A DNA stretch of 64,000 bases from Candidatus Marinacidobacterium sp. (GTDB lineage Bacteria > Acidobacteriota > Vicinamibacteria > Marinacidobacterales > Marinacidobacteraceae), in assembly GCA_965220965.1 (NCBI GenBank), contig OZ244852.1, positions 2,048,001 through 2,112,000 of the forward strand, in the 5' to 3' direction. The translations under genes were made by a program, and so were the position numbers. Below, piece by piece: positions 37,585 to 49,202 of the stretch; the first letter of the stretch is position 1, and every line of letters starts with the position of its first letter. Under the pieces are notes generated by a model that worked only from the letters and a program-made list of their open reading frames with translations, did no database searches and was not told the origin of the DNA.

Positions 37585-38136
37585 GTGCGGGTCGTCGTCG
37601 GATTATCCGGATCTTCGGGAGCCCTCTACGGGGCGCGCTTCCTGAAGCGATGCCCGGGGGAAAAACACCTCATCGTTTCGCGATGGGGACGCGAGGTGCT
37701 GCGGCACGAAACCGGGTTTCGGGTGGAGGATCTCTCTTCCGATGTGGTGCGCGTGCATGACGACGCCGACCTGGCCGCTCCCTGGTCTTCGGGCTCGAAT
37801 CGTTACGACGCGCTGGTCGTCATTCCGTGCAGTCTCTCCACGCTCGGGAAGATCGCCGCCGGAATCGCCGACACGCTGATCACCCGCGCAGCGCAGGTGG
37901 CGCTCAAGGAACGGATGCGCCTCGTCGTCTGCGTGCGGGAAACGCCGTGGTCCACGATCACGCTCGAGAACGCGCTTCGGGTGTCCCGGGCGGGCGGAAT
38001 CGTCATGCCGGTGGCGCCTCCGCTCTACCGCAACCCCGAGTCGATGGAGCAGATCGTGGACGGGTTCTGCGACAAGGTCCTGGGCGTGATCGGCCATCCT
38101 TCCGGGCCCGGCTGGCGCGAAGAACTGACGCGCTGA
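37585..38136 (+). CDS. ubiX: Flavin prenyltransferase UbiX
   Basis: VVGLSGSSG, SSGS, PCSLSTLGKIAAG, LITRAAQVALKE, RETP. Confidence 0.92.
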   Translation: MRVVVGLSGSSGALYGARFLKRCPGEKHLIVSRWGREVLRHETGFRVEDLSSDVVRVHDDADLAAPWSSGSNRYDALVVIPCSLSTLGKIAAGIADTLITRAAQVALKERMRLVVCVRETPWSTITLENALRVSRAGGIVMPVAPPLYRNPESMEQIVDGFCDKVLGVIGHPSGPGWREELTR

Positions 38137-38224
38137 GGGGGGGCGCCGGAGCTGTGCTAGCATCGGCCGTTCTCGCATCAGCGCCGCGCTCGGCGGTCGC
38201 GACGACCCGGCGGGTGGGTCCCCC

Positions 38225-39349
38225 GTGCGAGCTCCCATCGTGTCTGCAGCAGAAATCCGTTTCCGCGACCCCTCGCTGATCCCCATCCGGGACAAGGTCC
38301 TGGCGGGCGAGCGCCTCGACGCCGCCGACGGCGTGACGATGCTCCGGACCCTCGACCTGCCGGCGCTCGGACGGCTGGCCGATCACGCGGCGCGCGCCCG
38401 CAACGGCGACCGGGTGCAGTTCGTGGTGAACCGCCAGATCAACCCCACGAACCTGTGCGTCCTGTCGTGCGTCTTCTGCGACTTCGCGGCGAAGCCGGGC
38501 GATGATCACGCCTACGAACAGAGCCTCGACGAAGTCCTCGCCCAGGTGAGCCCCGACCTGTCGGAGGTCCACATCGTGGGCGGGCTCCACCCCAAGTGGA
38601 AGTTCCCGCAGTACCTGGAGATCGTCAGCGAGATCCACCGCCAGTTCCCCCGGGTGCAGATCAAGGCCTGGACCGCGGTGGAGATCGACTGGTTCGCGCG
38701 GCTCGAGCGGACGACGATCGAGGACATTCTGATCCGGCTTCAGGACGCCGGACTGAACACCCTCCCCGGCGGAGGGGCCGAAGTCTTCTCGGACCGGGTC
38801 CGGAAGGCCACCTTCCGGACCAAGATCGGACGCGAGCGCTGGTTCGAGGTGCACCGGGCGGCCCACCGGCTCGGGATCATGACGAACGCGACGCTCCTCT
38901 ACGGTCACATCGAGACCCTCGAAGAGCGGGTGGATCACATGCTGCAGCTTCGCGAGGCGCAGGACCAGAACGGGCCGGAGGACGCCGGGTTCGCGTCGTT
39001 CATCCCGCTGGCGCTCCAGCCGGGGAACACCGGCCTCGCCGAGCGGCAGGCCTCGGTGCTCGAAGACCTTCGCACCGTCGCCTGCGCCCGCCTGCTGCTG
39101 GACAACTTCCCTCACGTGAAGGCCTACTGGGTCATGCTGGGCGAGGACTCGGCGTCCATCGCGCTCAACTTCGGAGCGAGCGATCTCGACGGAACGATCG
39201 GGGAAGAGCGGATCGCCCACTACGCGCAGGCCTCGAGCCCGGTCGGCGTCGCCCGGGAAACGCTGGTCCGGATGATCCGGGACGCCGGCAAGACGCCGGT
39301 CGAGCGGGACGCGCTCTACAACACCGTGCAGGTCTGGGAAGCCGCCTGA
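38225..39349 (+). CDS. mqnE: Aminofutalosine synthase (radical SAM) MqnE
   Basis: NPTNLCVLSCVFC, HIVGGLHP, IKAWTAVEI, PGGGAEVF, NATLLYGHIET, HVKAYWVM, DGTIGEERI. Confidence 0.9.
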   Translation: MRAPIVSAAEIRFRDPSLIPIRDKVLAGERLDAADGVTMLRTLDLPALGRLADHAARARNGDRVQFVVNRQINPTNLCVLSCVFCDFAAKPGDDHAYEQSLDEVLAQVSPDLSEVHIVGGLHPKWKFPQYLEIVSEIHRQFPRVQIKAWTAVEIDWFARLERTTIEDILIRLQDAGLNTLPGGGAEVFSDRVRKATFRTKIGRERWFEVHRAAHRLGIMTNATLLYGHIETLEERVDHMLQLREAQDQNGPEDAGFASFIPLALQPGNTGLAERQASVLEDLRTVACARLLLDNFPHVKAYWVMLGEDSASIALNFGASDLDGTIGEERIAHYAQASSPVGVARETLVRMIRDAGKTPVERDALYNTVQVWEAA

Positions 39350-39383
39350 TCGGCGCCGGCGCTCCCACAGTTCCAAATCGCCC

Positions 39384-40193
39384 TTGCGTCCCCTGATCGG
39401 GCAGCTCGACTACCTCAACACCCGGCCCTTCGAACCCCTGCCCGGGACGCGGATCATCCGCGCCATGCCGTCCGGGATCGGGCGGCTCGCCCGGAACCGG
39501 GAGATCCACGCCGGGCTCCTCTCGGTCGGCGACCTCCTGCGCGTCGAACGGGACTACGCGCCGCTCGGCGGCGGCCGTCCCGCCTTCGGCATCGCGTGCC
39601 GCCGACGCGCCGGAAGCGTCTTCCTGCTGTCCCGCGTCCCGGTCCCCGAACTCTCCGGCCGGACGATCGGGGTCACGAGACAGACCTCGACGGCGGTGCT
39701 GCTGCTCCGGGTGTGGCTCCGGGTCCATATCGGCGTCGTGGCGCCGAAGTACGTTCGCGGAATCTCCCGCAGCCAGGACGCCGCGCTCCTCATCGGAGAC
39801 GACGCGCTGCGCGAACGCGAGCATCCCGATCCCGAATTCCCGTTCCGGACGGACCTCGCCGCCGCCTGGCGCGAGTGGATGGGCCTGCCGTTCGTGTTCG
39901 CCGTCTGGAGCGCGCGCCGGTCCCTGACTCCGGCGCTGCATGACCGCCTGACCCGCACCCTTTCCGACGCGCTCGACTCCGGTCTGGCGGGGATCCCGGA
40001 AATCGCCCGGGAACACGCCGGGCCCCTCGGGGACGCCAGCGCGATCAGGGCCTATCTTTCCGACTTCACCTACCGCTTCGAGGACGAAGAACGACGAGGC
40101 CTGGAGGCGTTCCGGGATCTGGTGCGAGAACATCTGCCCGAAGCGACCACACTCCTTGAACCGACTCCTTCAGGAGCAGGGAACGAACGATGA
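39384..40193 (+). CDS. mqnA: Chorismate dehydratase MqnA
   Basis: IGQLDYLNTRP, SVFL, TSTAVLL, ALLIGDDAL, DLAAAWREWMGLPFVFAVW. Confidence 0.85.
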   Translation: MRPLIGQLDYLNTRPFEPLPGTRIIRAMPSGIGRLARNREIHAGLLSVGDLLRVERDYAPLGGGRPAFGIACRRRAGSVFLLSRVPVPELSGRTIGVTRQTSTAVLLLRVWLRVHIGVVAPKYVRGISRSQDAALLIGDDALREREHPDPEFPFRTDLAAAWREWMGLPFVFAVWSARRSLTPALHDRLTRTLSDALDSGLAGIPEIAREHAGPLGDASAIRAYLSDFTYRFEDEERRGLEAFRDLVREHLPEATTLLEPTPSGAGNER

Positions 40194-41311
40194 ACCGCAT
40201 GACGATGGCGACCATCCGCCAGAAACTGGACGGCGGCGAACGACTGACCCGCGACGACGCCGTCTGGCTGCTCTCCGAGGGGCCGCTGCTCGAAATCGGC
40301 GAGGCCGCGAACCAGGAGCGGTTCCGACGCCATTCGGAGGCCGAAGTGACGTTCGTGGTGGACACGAACCCGAACTACACGAACGTGTGCGAGGTGGACT
40401 GCACCTTCTGCGCGTTCTACCGCCGCCCCGGCCACGACGAGGCCTACACCTATACGGTCGAGAGCGTGCTCGACCGCATGGGCAAGGCGATTGAGCAGGG
40501 CGCGACGACCGTGCTGCTCCAGGGGGGCGTGAACGAGTCGCTCCCGCTGGACTACTACCTGGACCTGGTGCGCGGGACCCGGGAGCGCTACCCGGGCGTG
40601 ACCCCTCACTTCTGGTCAGCCGTCGAGATCGAAGGCATGGCGAAGGTGAGCGGCCTCTCCCTTCGCGAGGTCCTGCTTCGCCTGAATGACGCTGGGCAGG
40701 ACACCCTGCCGGGCGGCGGCGCCGAGATCCTCTCGGACCGGATCCGGCGCAAGGTCTCGCACAAGAAGGGAGGCGCGGCGGCCTGGCTGGACGTGCACCG
40801 CGAAGCGCACGCCATCGGGTGGCGGAGCACCGCCACGATGATGTACGGCCACGTCGAGGAGGTCGAGGACACCGCCGACCACCTGATGCACATCCGCGAG
40901 CTGCAGGACGAACACCGGGGCTTCACCGCGTTCGTCCCCTGGAGCTTCAAGCCGGGCAACACGCCGCTGGTGAAGAAGATCCCCAGCTACGCCGGACCGA
41001 ATGACTACCTGCGGGTCCTCGGGGTCGCCCGGCTCGTCCTCGACAACTTCGATCACATCCAGGCCTCGTGGTTCAGCGAGGGCAAGAAGGCCGGGCAGGT
41101 CGGACTCCACTGGGGCGCCGACGACTTCGGCGGCACGCTGATCGAGGAGAACGTCCACGCCTGCACCGGCTTCATCAACCGGACGAGCACCGACGAGGTG
41201 AAGACCCTGATCCGCGAGGCGGGGTTCACCCCGGTTCAGCGCGACACCCGCTACCGGATCCTGCGCCGCTTCGACGAAAACGGTTCCGGAGATCGCCCCG
41301 GCGAGTCCTGA
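40190..41311 (+). CDS. mqnC: Cyclic dehypoxanthine futalosine synthase (radical SAM) MqnC
   Basis: NYTNVCEVDCTFCAFYR, LLQGG, PGGGAEIL, TATMMYGH, FTAFVPWSF, HIQASW, GADDFGGTLIEENV. Confidence 0.92.
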   Translation: MNRMTMATIRQKLDGGERLTRDDAVWLLSEGPLLEIGEAANQERFRRHSEAEVTFVVDTNPNYTNVCEVDCTFCAFYRRPGHDEAYTYTVESVLDRMGKAIEQGATTVLLQGGVNESLPLDYYLDLVRGTRERYPGVTPHFWSAVEIEGMAKVSGLSLREVLLRLNDAGQDTLPGGGAEILSDRIRRKVSHKKGGAAAWLDVHREAHAIGWRSTATMMYGHVEEVEDTADHLMHIRELQDEHRGFTAFVPWSFKPGNTPLVKKIPSYAGPNDYLRVLGVARLVLDNFDHIQASWFSEGKKAGQVGLHWGADDFGGTLIEENVHACTGFINRTSTDEVKTLIREAGFTPVQRDTRYRILRRFDENGSGDRPGES

Positions 41312-42634
41312 GTGGTCTGGGCGCTCGGCGCGGCGCTGTTCGCCGTCTTTGCCATGTCGGCGTTCTTCTCCGGCTCGGAGACCGCTTTCATGGCGGTCCG
41401 CCTCCACCGGCTGCGGGAGATGGCGTCGCGCAACCGGCGGGCCGCCGCGGTCCTGAAGATCGTCGGCCATCCGGAACGCTTCCTGGGGGCGATCCTCACC
41501 GGCAACGTCTTCGTCAACGCCCTCGCGGGCGTGCTGATCACGCTGGTCTTCTCGGCGGGCGCGGAGACCACCGAGCAGCGGGCGCAGGCCGCCACCCTGG
41601 CCACGCTGGTCGTCGGCGCGGTTCTCCTGGTGTTCGGGGAGATGATCCCCAAGAGCGTCGCCTCCCGGCACGCCGAACGGTGGGCGCTGGTCACGATCCG
41701 CCCGGTCCAGGTTCTTCTGCGGCTGCTCGGCCCGATCACCGGGGCGCTGACCTGGCTGGTGACGCGCCTGCTCAGGATCTTCCGGATCCCGCGACCCGAC
41801 CGGGACCCGGGAATCAGCCCCGCGGAGATCCGGGCCAGCCTTCGCAGCGGATCCGGCGCCGAGCGGGCCGAGCAGGAAGTGCTGGCGCGGCTCGCCGACG
41901 CCACCGCGCGCCGGCTCACCGAGGTGATGACGCCCCGGCGGGCGGTGGAAGCCGTTTCCGAGAGCGCCGCCGCGGACGAGCTGCTCCGCCGGTTCCGCAA
42001 GGGCGGGCACCGGCAACTGCCGGTCGTCGGCGCCAGCCTCGACGAGGTCCGGGGGCTGGTGGATCTGCGCGACGCGCTGGCGGCCTCCGCGAGCGGCGAA
42101 AACTTCGTCCTGGCCGACCACATCCTCCCGGCGCAGTTCTGCCCCGGCGCGGCGACCCTCGCCCAGGCCCTGATCCAGATGCGCGACCAGGACTCCCGGC
42201 TCCTCATCGTGGTGGACGAGCACGGGGGAGTCGAGGGCATCGTCACGGCGGCCTCGCTGCTGGAGGCGGCCTGGGGCTCGGGGCCGGCGGCGGCGCGCGA
42301 TCCGGCGGGATCGTGGCTGCTCGACGGGGCGCTCCCGGTCTCCGAGGCCAACATCGAGCTGGCGCGCCGGAGCGGGGGGGCCGAGGCCTCCGGAGAGACG
42401 ATCCAGATCCCGCCGGGCGACGACTACGACACGGTCGGCGGGTTCGTCCTCGCCCATACCGGCCGGATCCCGGCGCCCGGCGAAACGGTCGCCGTGCCCG
42501 GCGGCGTCATCCGCGTGGAGGAGGTCGGGGAGAACCGGATCCGGCGACTCCGGGTCGAACCGGCGGCGGTCGCGCCGGAGGTCGCTCGCGCGGCGGTGAC
42601 GAAGCAATCGGACGACCCGGCGGCTCCGAACTGA
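41312..42634 (+). CDS. Hemolysin/CNNM (DUF21 + CBS + CorC) family membrane protein
   Basis: SAFFSGSETA, FGEMIPKS, VMTPR, VVDEHGGVEGIVT, YDTVGGFV. Confidence 0.88.
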   Translation: MVWALGAALFAVFAMSAFFSGSETAFMAVRLHRLREMASRNRRAAAVLKIVGHPERFLGAILTGNVFVNALAGVLITLVFSAGAETTEQRAQAATLATLVVGAVLLVFGEMIPKSVASRHAERWALVTIRPVQVLLRLLGPITGALTWLVTRLLRIFRIPRPDRDPGISPAEIRASLRSGSGAERAEQEVLARLADATARRLTEVMTPRRAVEAVSESAAADELLRRFRKGGHRQLPVVGASLDEVRGLVDLRDALAASASGENFVLADHILPAQFCPGAATLAQALIQMRDQDSRLLIVVDEHGGVEGIVTAASLLEAAWGSGPAAARDPAGSWLLDGALPVSEANIELARRSGGAEASGETIQIPPGDDYDTVGGFVLAHTGRIPAPGETVAVPGGVIRVEEVGENRIRRLRVEPAAVAPEVARAAVTKQSDDPAAPN

Positions 42635-42656
42635 CGCTTCGGGGGCCGGGGCCGTC

Positions 42657-43748
42657 GTGAAGCGTCCGCTGCGCCGGCGACTCGCGGAGGCGGCGCGGAC
42701 CGCGCTGCGAACGACGCTCCCTTCGTGGCCTCGAGAGGCGGGGATCCTGGTCGGCTTCTCCGGAGGTCCGGACTCGACGGTGCTGCTGCGATTGCTGGTT
42801 GACGAGGCCCGGCGGGAGGGATTCCATCCGCCGCGGGCCGGGAAGAAGGCCGTCGTGGTGGCGGCGCACCTCGACCACGGGCTCCGCCCGGACTCGGGCG
42901 ACCAGGCCGCCGCCGCGTCGCGCGCCGCCGCCGCCCTCGGCGTCCGGTGCGTGGTCGAACGCCGCGACGTGGCGGAACGGGTACGGCGCGAGGCGCAGTC
43001 GGTCCAGGAGGCGGCGCGCGAGGTTCGCCTCGCGTTCCTGGCCGAGACCGCGGGCGCCCGCGGTCTCGCCGCGGTGGCGCTCGGTCACACCCGTTCGGAT
43101 CAGGCGGAAACGCTGCTGCTCCGCCTGGCGCGGGGGTCGGGGACCGGCGGGCTCTCCGCGATGGCCCCGGCGCGCCCGATGCCCGGCCCCGGGGCCCCGC
43201 TCCTGCTCCTGCGCCCGCTGCTCGGAGTCTCGCGGAGCGAGATCGATGCGCTGGTTCAGGCCGAGGGATGGCCGGTCGCGGAGGACCCCTCGAACCGGGA
43301 TCTCCGCTTCGCCCGGAACCGGCTCCGCCAGGGAGCGCTGGCGCGGCTCCGCGACGAGATCAACCCCGCAGCGGAGACGGCGCTCGCCCGGGCCGCGACG
43401 CTGCTGCGCGACGACGAGGAGTGGCTCGCGGCGCGGGCGAAGGAGGTCTTCCGTGAACTCGCCAGCCGGGACGGCGCCGGAACCGCCCTCCCCGCGGCCG
43501 GACTCGTGGATCTCCCGCCGGCGATCTCCCGTCGCGTGGTCCGGCTGGCGCTGGAGCAGGTTCGCGGCCGCCTGCAGCGCATCGGGCTGGTCCACGTGGA
43601 GGATGTGCTCCGCCTGGCGCGCGCCGGGCGCGGCGGCGCTTCGCTGGATCTCCCCGGAGTCACCGTCAGGCTGCAGGAGGGGTTCGTGCGATTCGCGCTC
43701 CCCTCGCTGACGCAGAACCGGGAGTCTGCGACGAAGAACGGGACCTGA
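42657..43748 (+). CDS. tilS: tRNA(Ile)-lysidine synthetase
   Basis: SGGPDS PP-loop, [32 protein letters not shown]. Upstream of ftsH. Confidence 0.92.
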   Translation: MKRPLRRRLAEAARTALRTTLPSWPREAGILVGFSGGPDSTVLLRLLVDEARREGFHPPRAGKKAVVVAAHLDHGLRPDSGDQAAAASRAAAALGVRCVVERRDVAERVRREAQSVQEAAREVRLAFLAETAGARGLAAVALGHTRSDQAETLLLRLARGSGTGGLSAMAPARPMPGPGAPLLLLRPLLGVSRSEIDALVQAEGWPVAEDPSNRDLRFARNRLRQGALARLRDEINPAAETALARAATLLRDDEEWLAARAKEVFRELASRDGAGTALPAAGLVDLPPAISRRVVRLALEQVRGRLQRIGLVHVEDVLRLARAGRGGASLDLPGVTVRLQEGFVRFALPSLTQNRESATKNGT

Positions 43749-43844
43749 CGACGGTCGCTACGGCTCGCGGGAACACCGACTGGCGACCCGGCGTTTCCCC
43801 AACGGATGACGAAGCAATCACCCGGAAAGCGCGGCTGGCCCGCC

Positions 43845-43850
43845 TATAAT
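43845..43850 (+). promoter_or_regulatory. Putative sigma70 -10 box (TATAAT) for ftsH
   Basis: Consensus TATAAT in the tilS-ftsH intergenic region, about 90 bp before the ATG. No clear -35. Confidence 0.45.
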
Positions 43851-43942
43851 CCGGAGGAAACCATCCGGGGGAACAGGGGGCGGGGACCCTCCTCTGGAGG
43901 GGCCGGGCTTCCGCCGGCCCTGAAGGCGGGAACCGCATCACG

Positions 43943-45865
<1,923 letters not shown>

Positions 45866-45903
45866 GGAACGGGTTCGGGCCGGCGCCACGGCCCAGGCTC
45901 TGA

Positions 45904-46776
45904 ATGTCGTTCGCCGACCGGCTCCGCGACTTCGCGGGGACTCTGGCCGGACGGCTTTCCTTCCTGGATGTCGTCGACATCCTGCTGGTGGCGGGCGGCG
46001 TGTATGTCCTGCTGAAGCTCATCGAGGGACGCCGGGCCTCGCAGATGGCCTTCGGCACCGTCGTCGTGGGCGGCCTGCTGGTCCTCACCGGTTCCTCGCA
46101 GCTCGGTCTCACCACCGTGCAGTGGGTCGTGCGCAACACCCTGCCGTACCTGGGCATCGCGCTCATCGTTCTCTATCAGGCGGAGATCAGGACCGGGCTG
46201 GCGCAGATCGGTGGCGGCTTCCTGTTTCGCAACCGCCGACGCGACCAGGACCTGGAGCAGGAGACGGTCACCGCCCTGGTGCGCGCCGCGATGGACCTTT
46301 CCCGCGGGCGCGTCGGAGCGATCATCGTGTGGCAGGGCGCCATCGGGCTCAAGAGTTACGCCGACACCGGCGTCTCCATCGACGCCGCGCTGACCTCGCG
46401 GCTTCTTGTCGCGTTGTTCCAGACCACGTCCCCGCTCCACGACGGGGCGGTCATCGTGAGCGGCGGCCGGATCGTGGCCGCGCGGTGTCTGCTGCCGCTC
46501 TCCCAGCAGGAGACCCGGACCGGCGGCACGCGCCACCGGGCGGCGATGGGCCTGACCGAAGAGACCGACGCCACCGTCCTCGTGGTCTCGGAGGAGACCG
46601 GACTCGCCAGCGTCGCGTCCGGCGGCGGCATCGTGCCGGCGGCGGACGCCGCCGACCTGGAGTCCCAGTTGATCCGGTCCCGTCCTTTCCGCGCCGGTTC
46701 GCGCGCAAGCGCCGAGACCCCCCAGCCCCGGCCGGCCCCCGAAGCGGTGCTGGCCCGATCGACGCGGCGGACATGA
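45904..46776 (+). CDS. cdaA: Membrane diadenylate cyclase CdaA
   Basis: Three N-terminal TMs, PLHDGAV and GTRHRAA DAC motifs, VSEETG. Confidence 0.92.
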   Translation: MSFADRLRDFAGTLAGRLSFLDVVDILLVAGGVYVLLKLIEGRRASQMAFGTVVVGGLLVLTGSSQLGLTTVQWVVRNTLPYLGIALIVLYQAEIRTGLAQIGGGFLFRNRRRDQDLEQETVTALVRAAMDLSRGRVGAIIVWQGAIGLKSYADTGVSIDAALTSRLLVALFQTTSPLHDGAVIVSGGRIVAARCLLPLSQQETRTGGTRHRAAMGLTEETDATVLVVSEETGLASVASGGGIVPAADAADLESQLIRSRPFRAGSRASAETPQPRPAPEAVLARSTRRT

Positions 46777-47768
46777 CGGACCTCGTCCCCGGCGGGGGGC
46801 CGTTTCGCGCGAGGGAGGTCCTGCGGGTTCTCTTTTCGCTCGCCCTCGCGGCGGGCATGTGGGTCTTCGTGGCCGATGAAGAAGGGACCGAGATCCTGGT
46901 GTCGGCGCCGCTGGAGCTTCGCAACGTCCCCCCCGGCCTCGAAGTCGTGAGTCAGTCGGAACAGGCGGTGGACATCCGGCTGCGGGGCTCTTCCGGCCTG
47001 CTCCGCGACGCGCCGCTCGAGGACCTCCGGGCCGGGCTGGACCTGACCGGCGAGCTTCCCGGCGAGCGCACCTGGTTCCTGGGCACCGAGGCGGTCGAAG
47101 CCCCCTCCGGGGTCGAAGTGATGCGCGTGGATCCGTCGCAGGTGGTGTTGTGGCTGGACCGCACGGTGACGAACGAGGTCCGGGTGAGTCCGAGGGTCCT
47201 GGGACAGCCGGCGACCGGCTTCGAGATCCATCAGGTCGTGATCGAGCCCCAGGAGCTCACCGTGGAAGGCCCCGAAACACTGCTGCGGGACATGGAAGCG
47301 ATCACGACCGAGCCGATCTCGGCGCAGGGGCTGCGCGAGACCTACGCGCAGCGGCTCCAGATCGAACTGGACCCGGCGCTTCGTCCCAGTCTCCGGCGCG
47401 TCGATGTGCGACTCCTCATCGGCGAGGAGCGGGAGACGCGGGAACTGCGTCTTCCGGTGCGCCCGGCGGTCTCCGAAGAGACCGGGAACAACTGTGACGT
47501 GCTGGCGCCCGAGGTCGGGGCGACCGTGCTGGTTCCCCGGAGCCTGACCGACGCCCTCGATGCCGCCGAGACCGAAATCGGCTACGCCGAAGTGGACTGC
47601 TCCGGCCTCGAGGCGGGGAGCCACCAGGTCGTCCCGGCGGTGGTGTTCGTCGCGATCAGCGGGCCGGGCCTGGCGGTGGCGGCGCTGGACCCGGAGACGG
47701 TCACGGTCGTCGTGGCCCCCGGCGAAGAAGCGCCCCCCGAATCGGGCGCCGCTCCCGGAGACCGCTGA
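46773..47768 (+). CDS. cdaR: CdaR/YbbR-domain protein
   Basis: N-terminal TM (SLALAAGMWVFV), repeated YbbR-like beta domains. ATG overlaps the cdaA stop. Confidence 0.85.
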   Translation: MTDLVPGGGPFRAREVLRVLFSLALAAGMWVFVADEEGTEILVSAPLELRNVPPGLEVVSQSEQAVDIRLRGSSGLLRDAPLEDLRAGLDLTGELPGERTWFLGTEAVEAPSGVEVMRVDPSQVVLWLDRTVTNEVRVSPRVLGQPATGFEIHQVVIEPQELTVEGPETLLRDMEAITTEPISAQGLRETYAQRLQIELDPALRPSLRRVDVRLLIGEERETRELRLPVRPAVSEETGNNCDVLAPEVGATVLVPRSLTDALDAAETEIGYAEVDCSGLEAGSHQVVPAVVFVAISGPGLAVAALDPETVTVVVAPGEEAPPESGAAPGDR

Positions 47769-47789
47769 TCGCGTCCCGCAGCAACATTT

Positions 47790-48449
47790 ATGGCTGACTC
47801 CCCGGCCCGACCCCGCCGCTCCACGGCGCGGGAGTACTTCGAGTCGATCTGCGCCGCGGTGATCCTGGCGCTCTTCGTCCGGACCTTCGTGTTCCAGGCG
47901 TTCAAGATCCCGACCGGTTCGATGCTCGACAACCTGCTGATCGGCGACCACCTCATGGTGAACAAGATGCTCTACCACGAGGCCGGCATGCCGCTCATGC
48001 CGTCGCGTCCGGTGGAGCGCGGCGATGTGGTGGTCTTCAAGTTCCCCGAAGAGCCGGAGCGCGACTTCATCAAGCGGGTCGTCGGACTCCCCGGCGAAAC
48101 GATCACGGTCGGCCGGCGACAGGTCCTGGTGGACGGGGAACCGCTCGCGGAGCCCTACACCCGGTTCATCCATGGAGGCCAGCCGGCGACGCGCGAGCAC
48201 CGGGTGCCCGAAGGGCACTACTTCATGATGGGCGACAACCGCGACAACAGCCATGACAGCCGGTTCTGGGGCTCGCTCCCCGCCAGCCACGTCAAGGGCA
48301 AGGGGCTGTTCATCTACTGGTCCTACGGCGCGCCGCGCGAGGAGTACCTCGAAACCCGGCTCTCGAGGCGCGCCCTCGACCTGCTCCTGCTTCCGGTCCG
48401 GTTCGTCTCCCGCACCCGCTGGTCCCGCTTCTTCACTCCGGTGGAGTAA
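47790..48449 (+). CDS. lepB: Signal peptidase I
   Basis: FKIPTGSM, GDHLMVNK, FIKRVVGLPGE, MGDNRDNSHDSRFWG. Confidence 0.93.
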   Translation: MADSPARPRRSTAREYFESICAAVILALFVRTFVFQAFKIPTGSMLDNLLIGDHLMVNKMLYHEAGMPLMPSRPVERGDVVVFKFPEEPERDFIKRVVGLPGETITVGRRQVLVDGEPLAEPYTRFIHGGQPATREHRVPEGHYFMMGDNRDNSHDSRFWGSLPASHVKGKGLFIYWSYGAPREEYLETRLSRRALDLLLLPVRFVSRTRWSRFFTPVE

Positions 48450-48482
48450 GCCGCCCCAGCAGGGCAAGGGCAGGGCGCGAAG

Positions 48483-49202
48483 TCAGGCGCCCGGCGGGGC
48501 CCTTCGCGGTCCGAAGATCGCGGTCCCGACCCGCACCGCGGTGGCGCCCTCGGCGATCGCGACCTCGAAGTCGTGGCTCATCCCCATCGAGAGCTGCGGC
48601 CGAGGGGGCAACAGCCCGCCCGCGTGGCGCTCCGCAAGCTGGCGGAGGCGGGCGAACCACGGCCGGGTCACCTCCGGATCCGGATCGAACGGAGGGATCA
48701 GCATGAGGCCCAGGAGCTCGAGGCCGGGGAGCTCGCGCATCGCGGCGAGCGCCGGCTCGACATCCGCCTCGGGGATCCCGAACTTCGTGGACTCGCTGGC
48801 GAGATTCACCTGGAGGAAGACGCGCAGGGCCCCCCCGCCGGGCGGCGCCGCTCCCTCGCTCACCAGGCGCGACAGACGCCGCGCCAACCCCTCGCTGTCC
48901 ACCGAGTGGATCGTCGGAAACCAGCGGATCGCCGCCTTCGCCTTGTTCTTCTGGAGGTGGCCGATGAAGTGCGGGGTGAACGGGGCGGACACGTCGGGGA
49001 ACTTGGTCGCCGCCTCCTGAACCCGGTTCTCCCCGAAGTCCGTCACGCCGCAGGCCGCGACCGCATCGATGTCCGCGGCCGGACGGGTCTTCGAAACGGC
49101 GATCAGCCGCACCGTTCCCGGGTCCCGGCCGGCCCGGCCGCAGGCGTCGGCGATCCGGCCTCGGACTCCGGCGATCCGCTCGGCGAGCGGCGGGAGGCTC
49201 AC
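48483..49202 (-). CDS. yggS: PLP homeostasis protein (YggS/PLPBP)
   Basis: [47 protein letters not shown] at 49202 overlaps the dinG stop. Confidence 0.93.
   Translation of the reverse strand: MSLPPLAERIAGVRGRIADACGRAGRDPGTVRLIAVSKTRPAADIDAVAACGVTDFGENRVQEAATKFPDVSAPFTPHFIGHLQKNKAKAAIRWFPTIHSVDSEGLARRLSRLVSEGAAPPGGGALRVFLQVNLASESTKFGIPEADVEPALAAMRELPGLELLGLMLIPPFDPDPEVTRPWFARLRQLAERHAGGLLPPRPQLSMGMSHDFEVAIAEGATAVRVGTAIFGPRRAPPGA

Noticed and set aside
38225-41311. Two radical SAM genes as a RiPP or F420 (CofH) cluster
   Set aside because: Their motifs and linkage to mqnA, ubiX and mqnP fit MqnE and MqnC; no precursor peptide or cof genes were seen.
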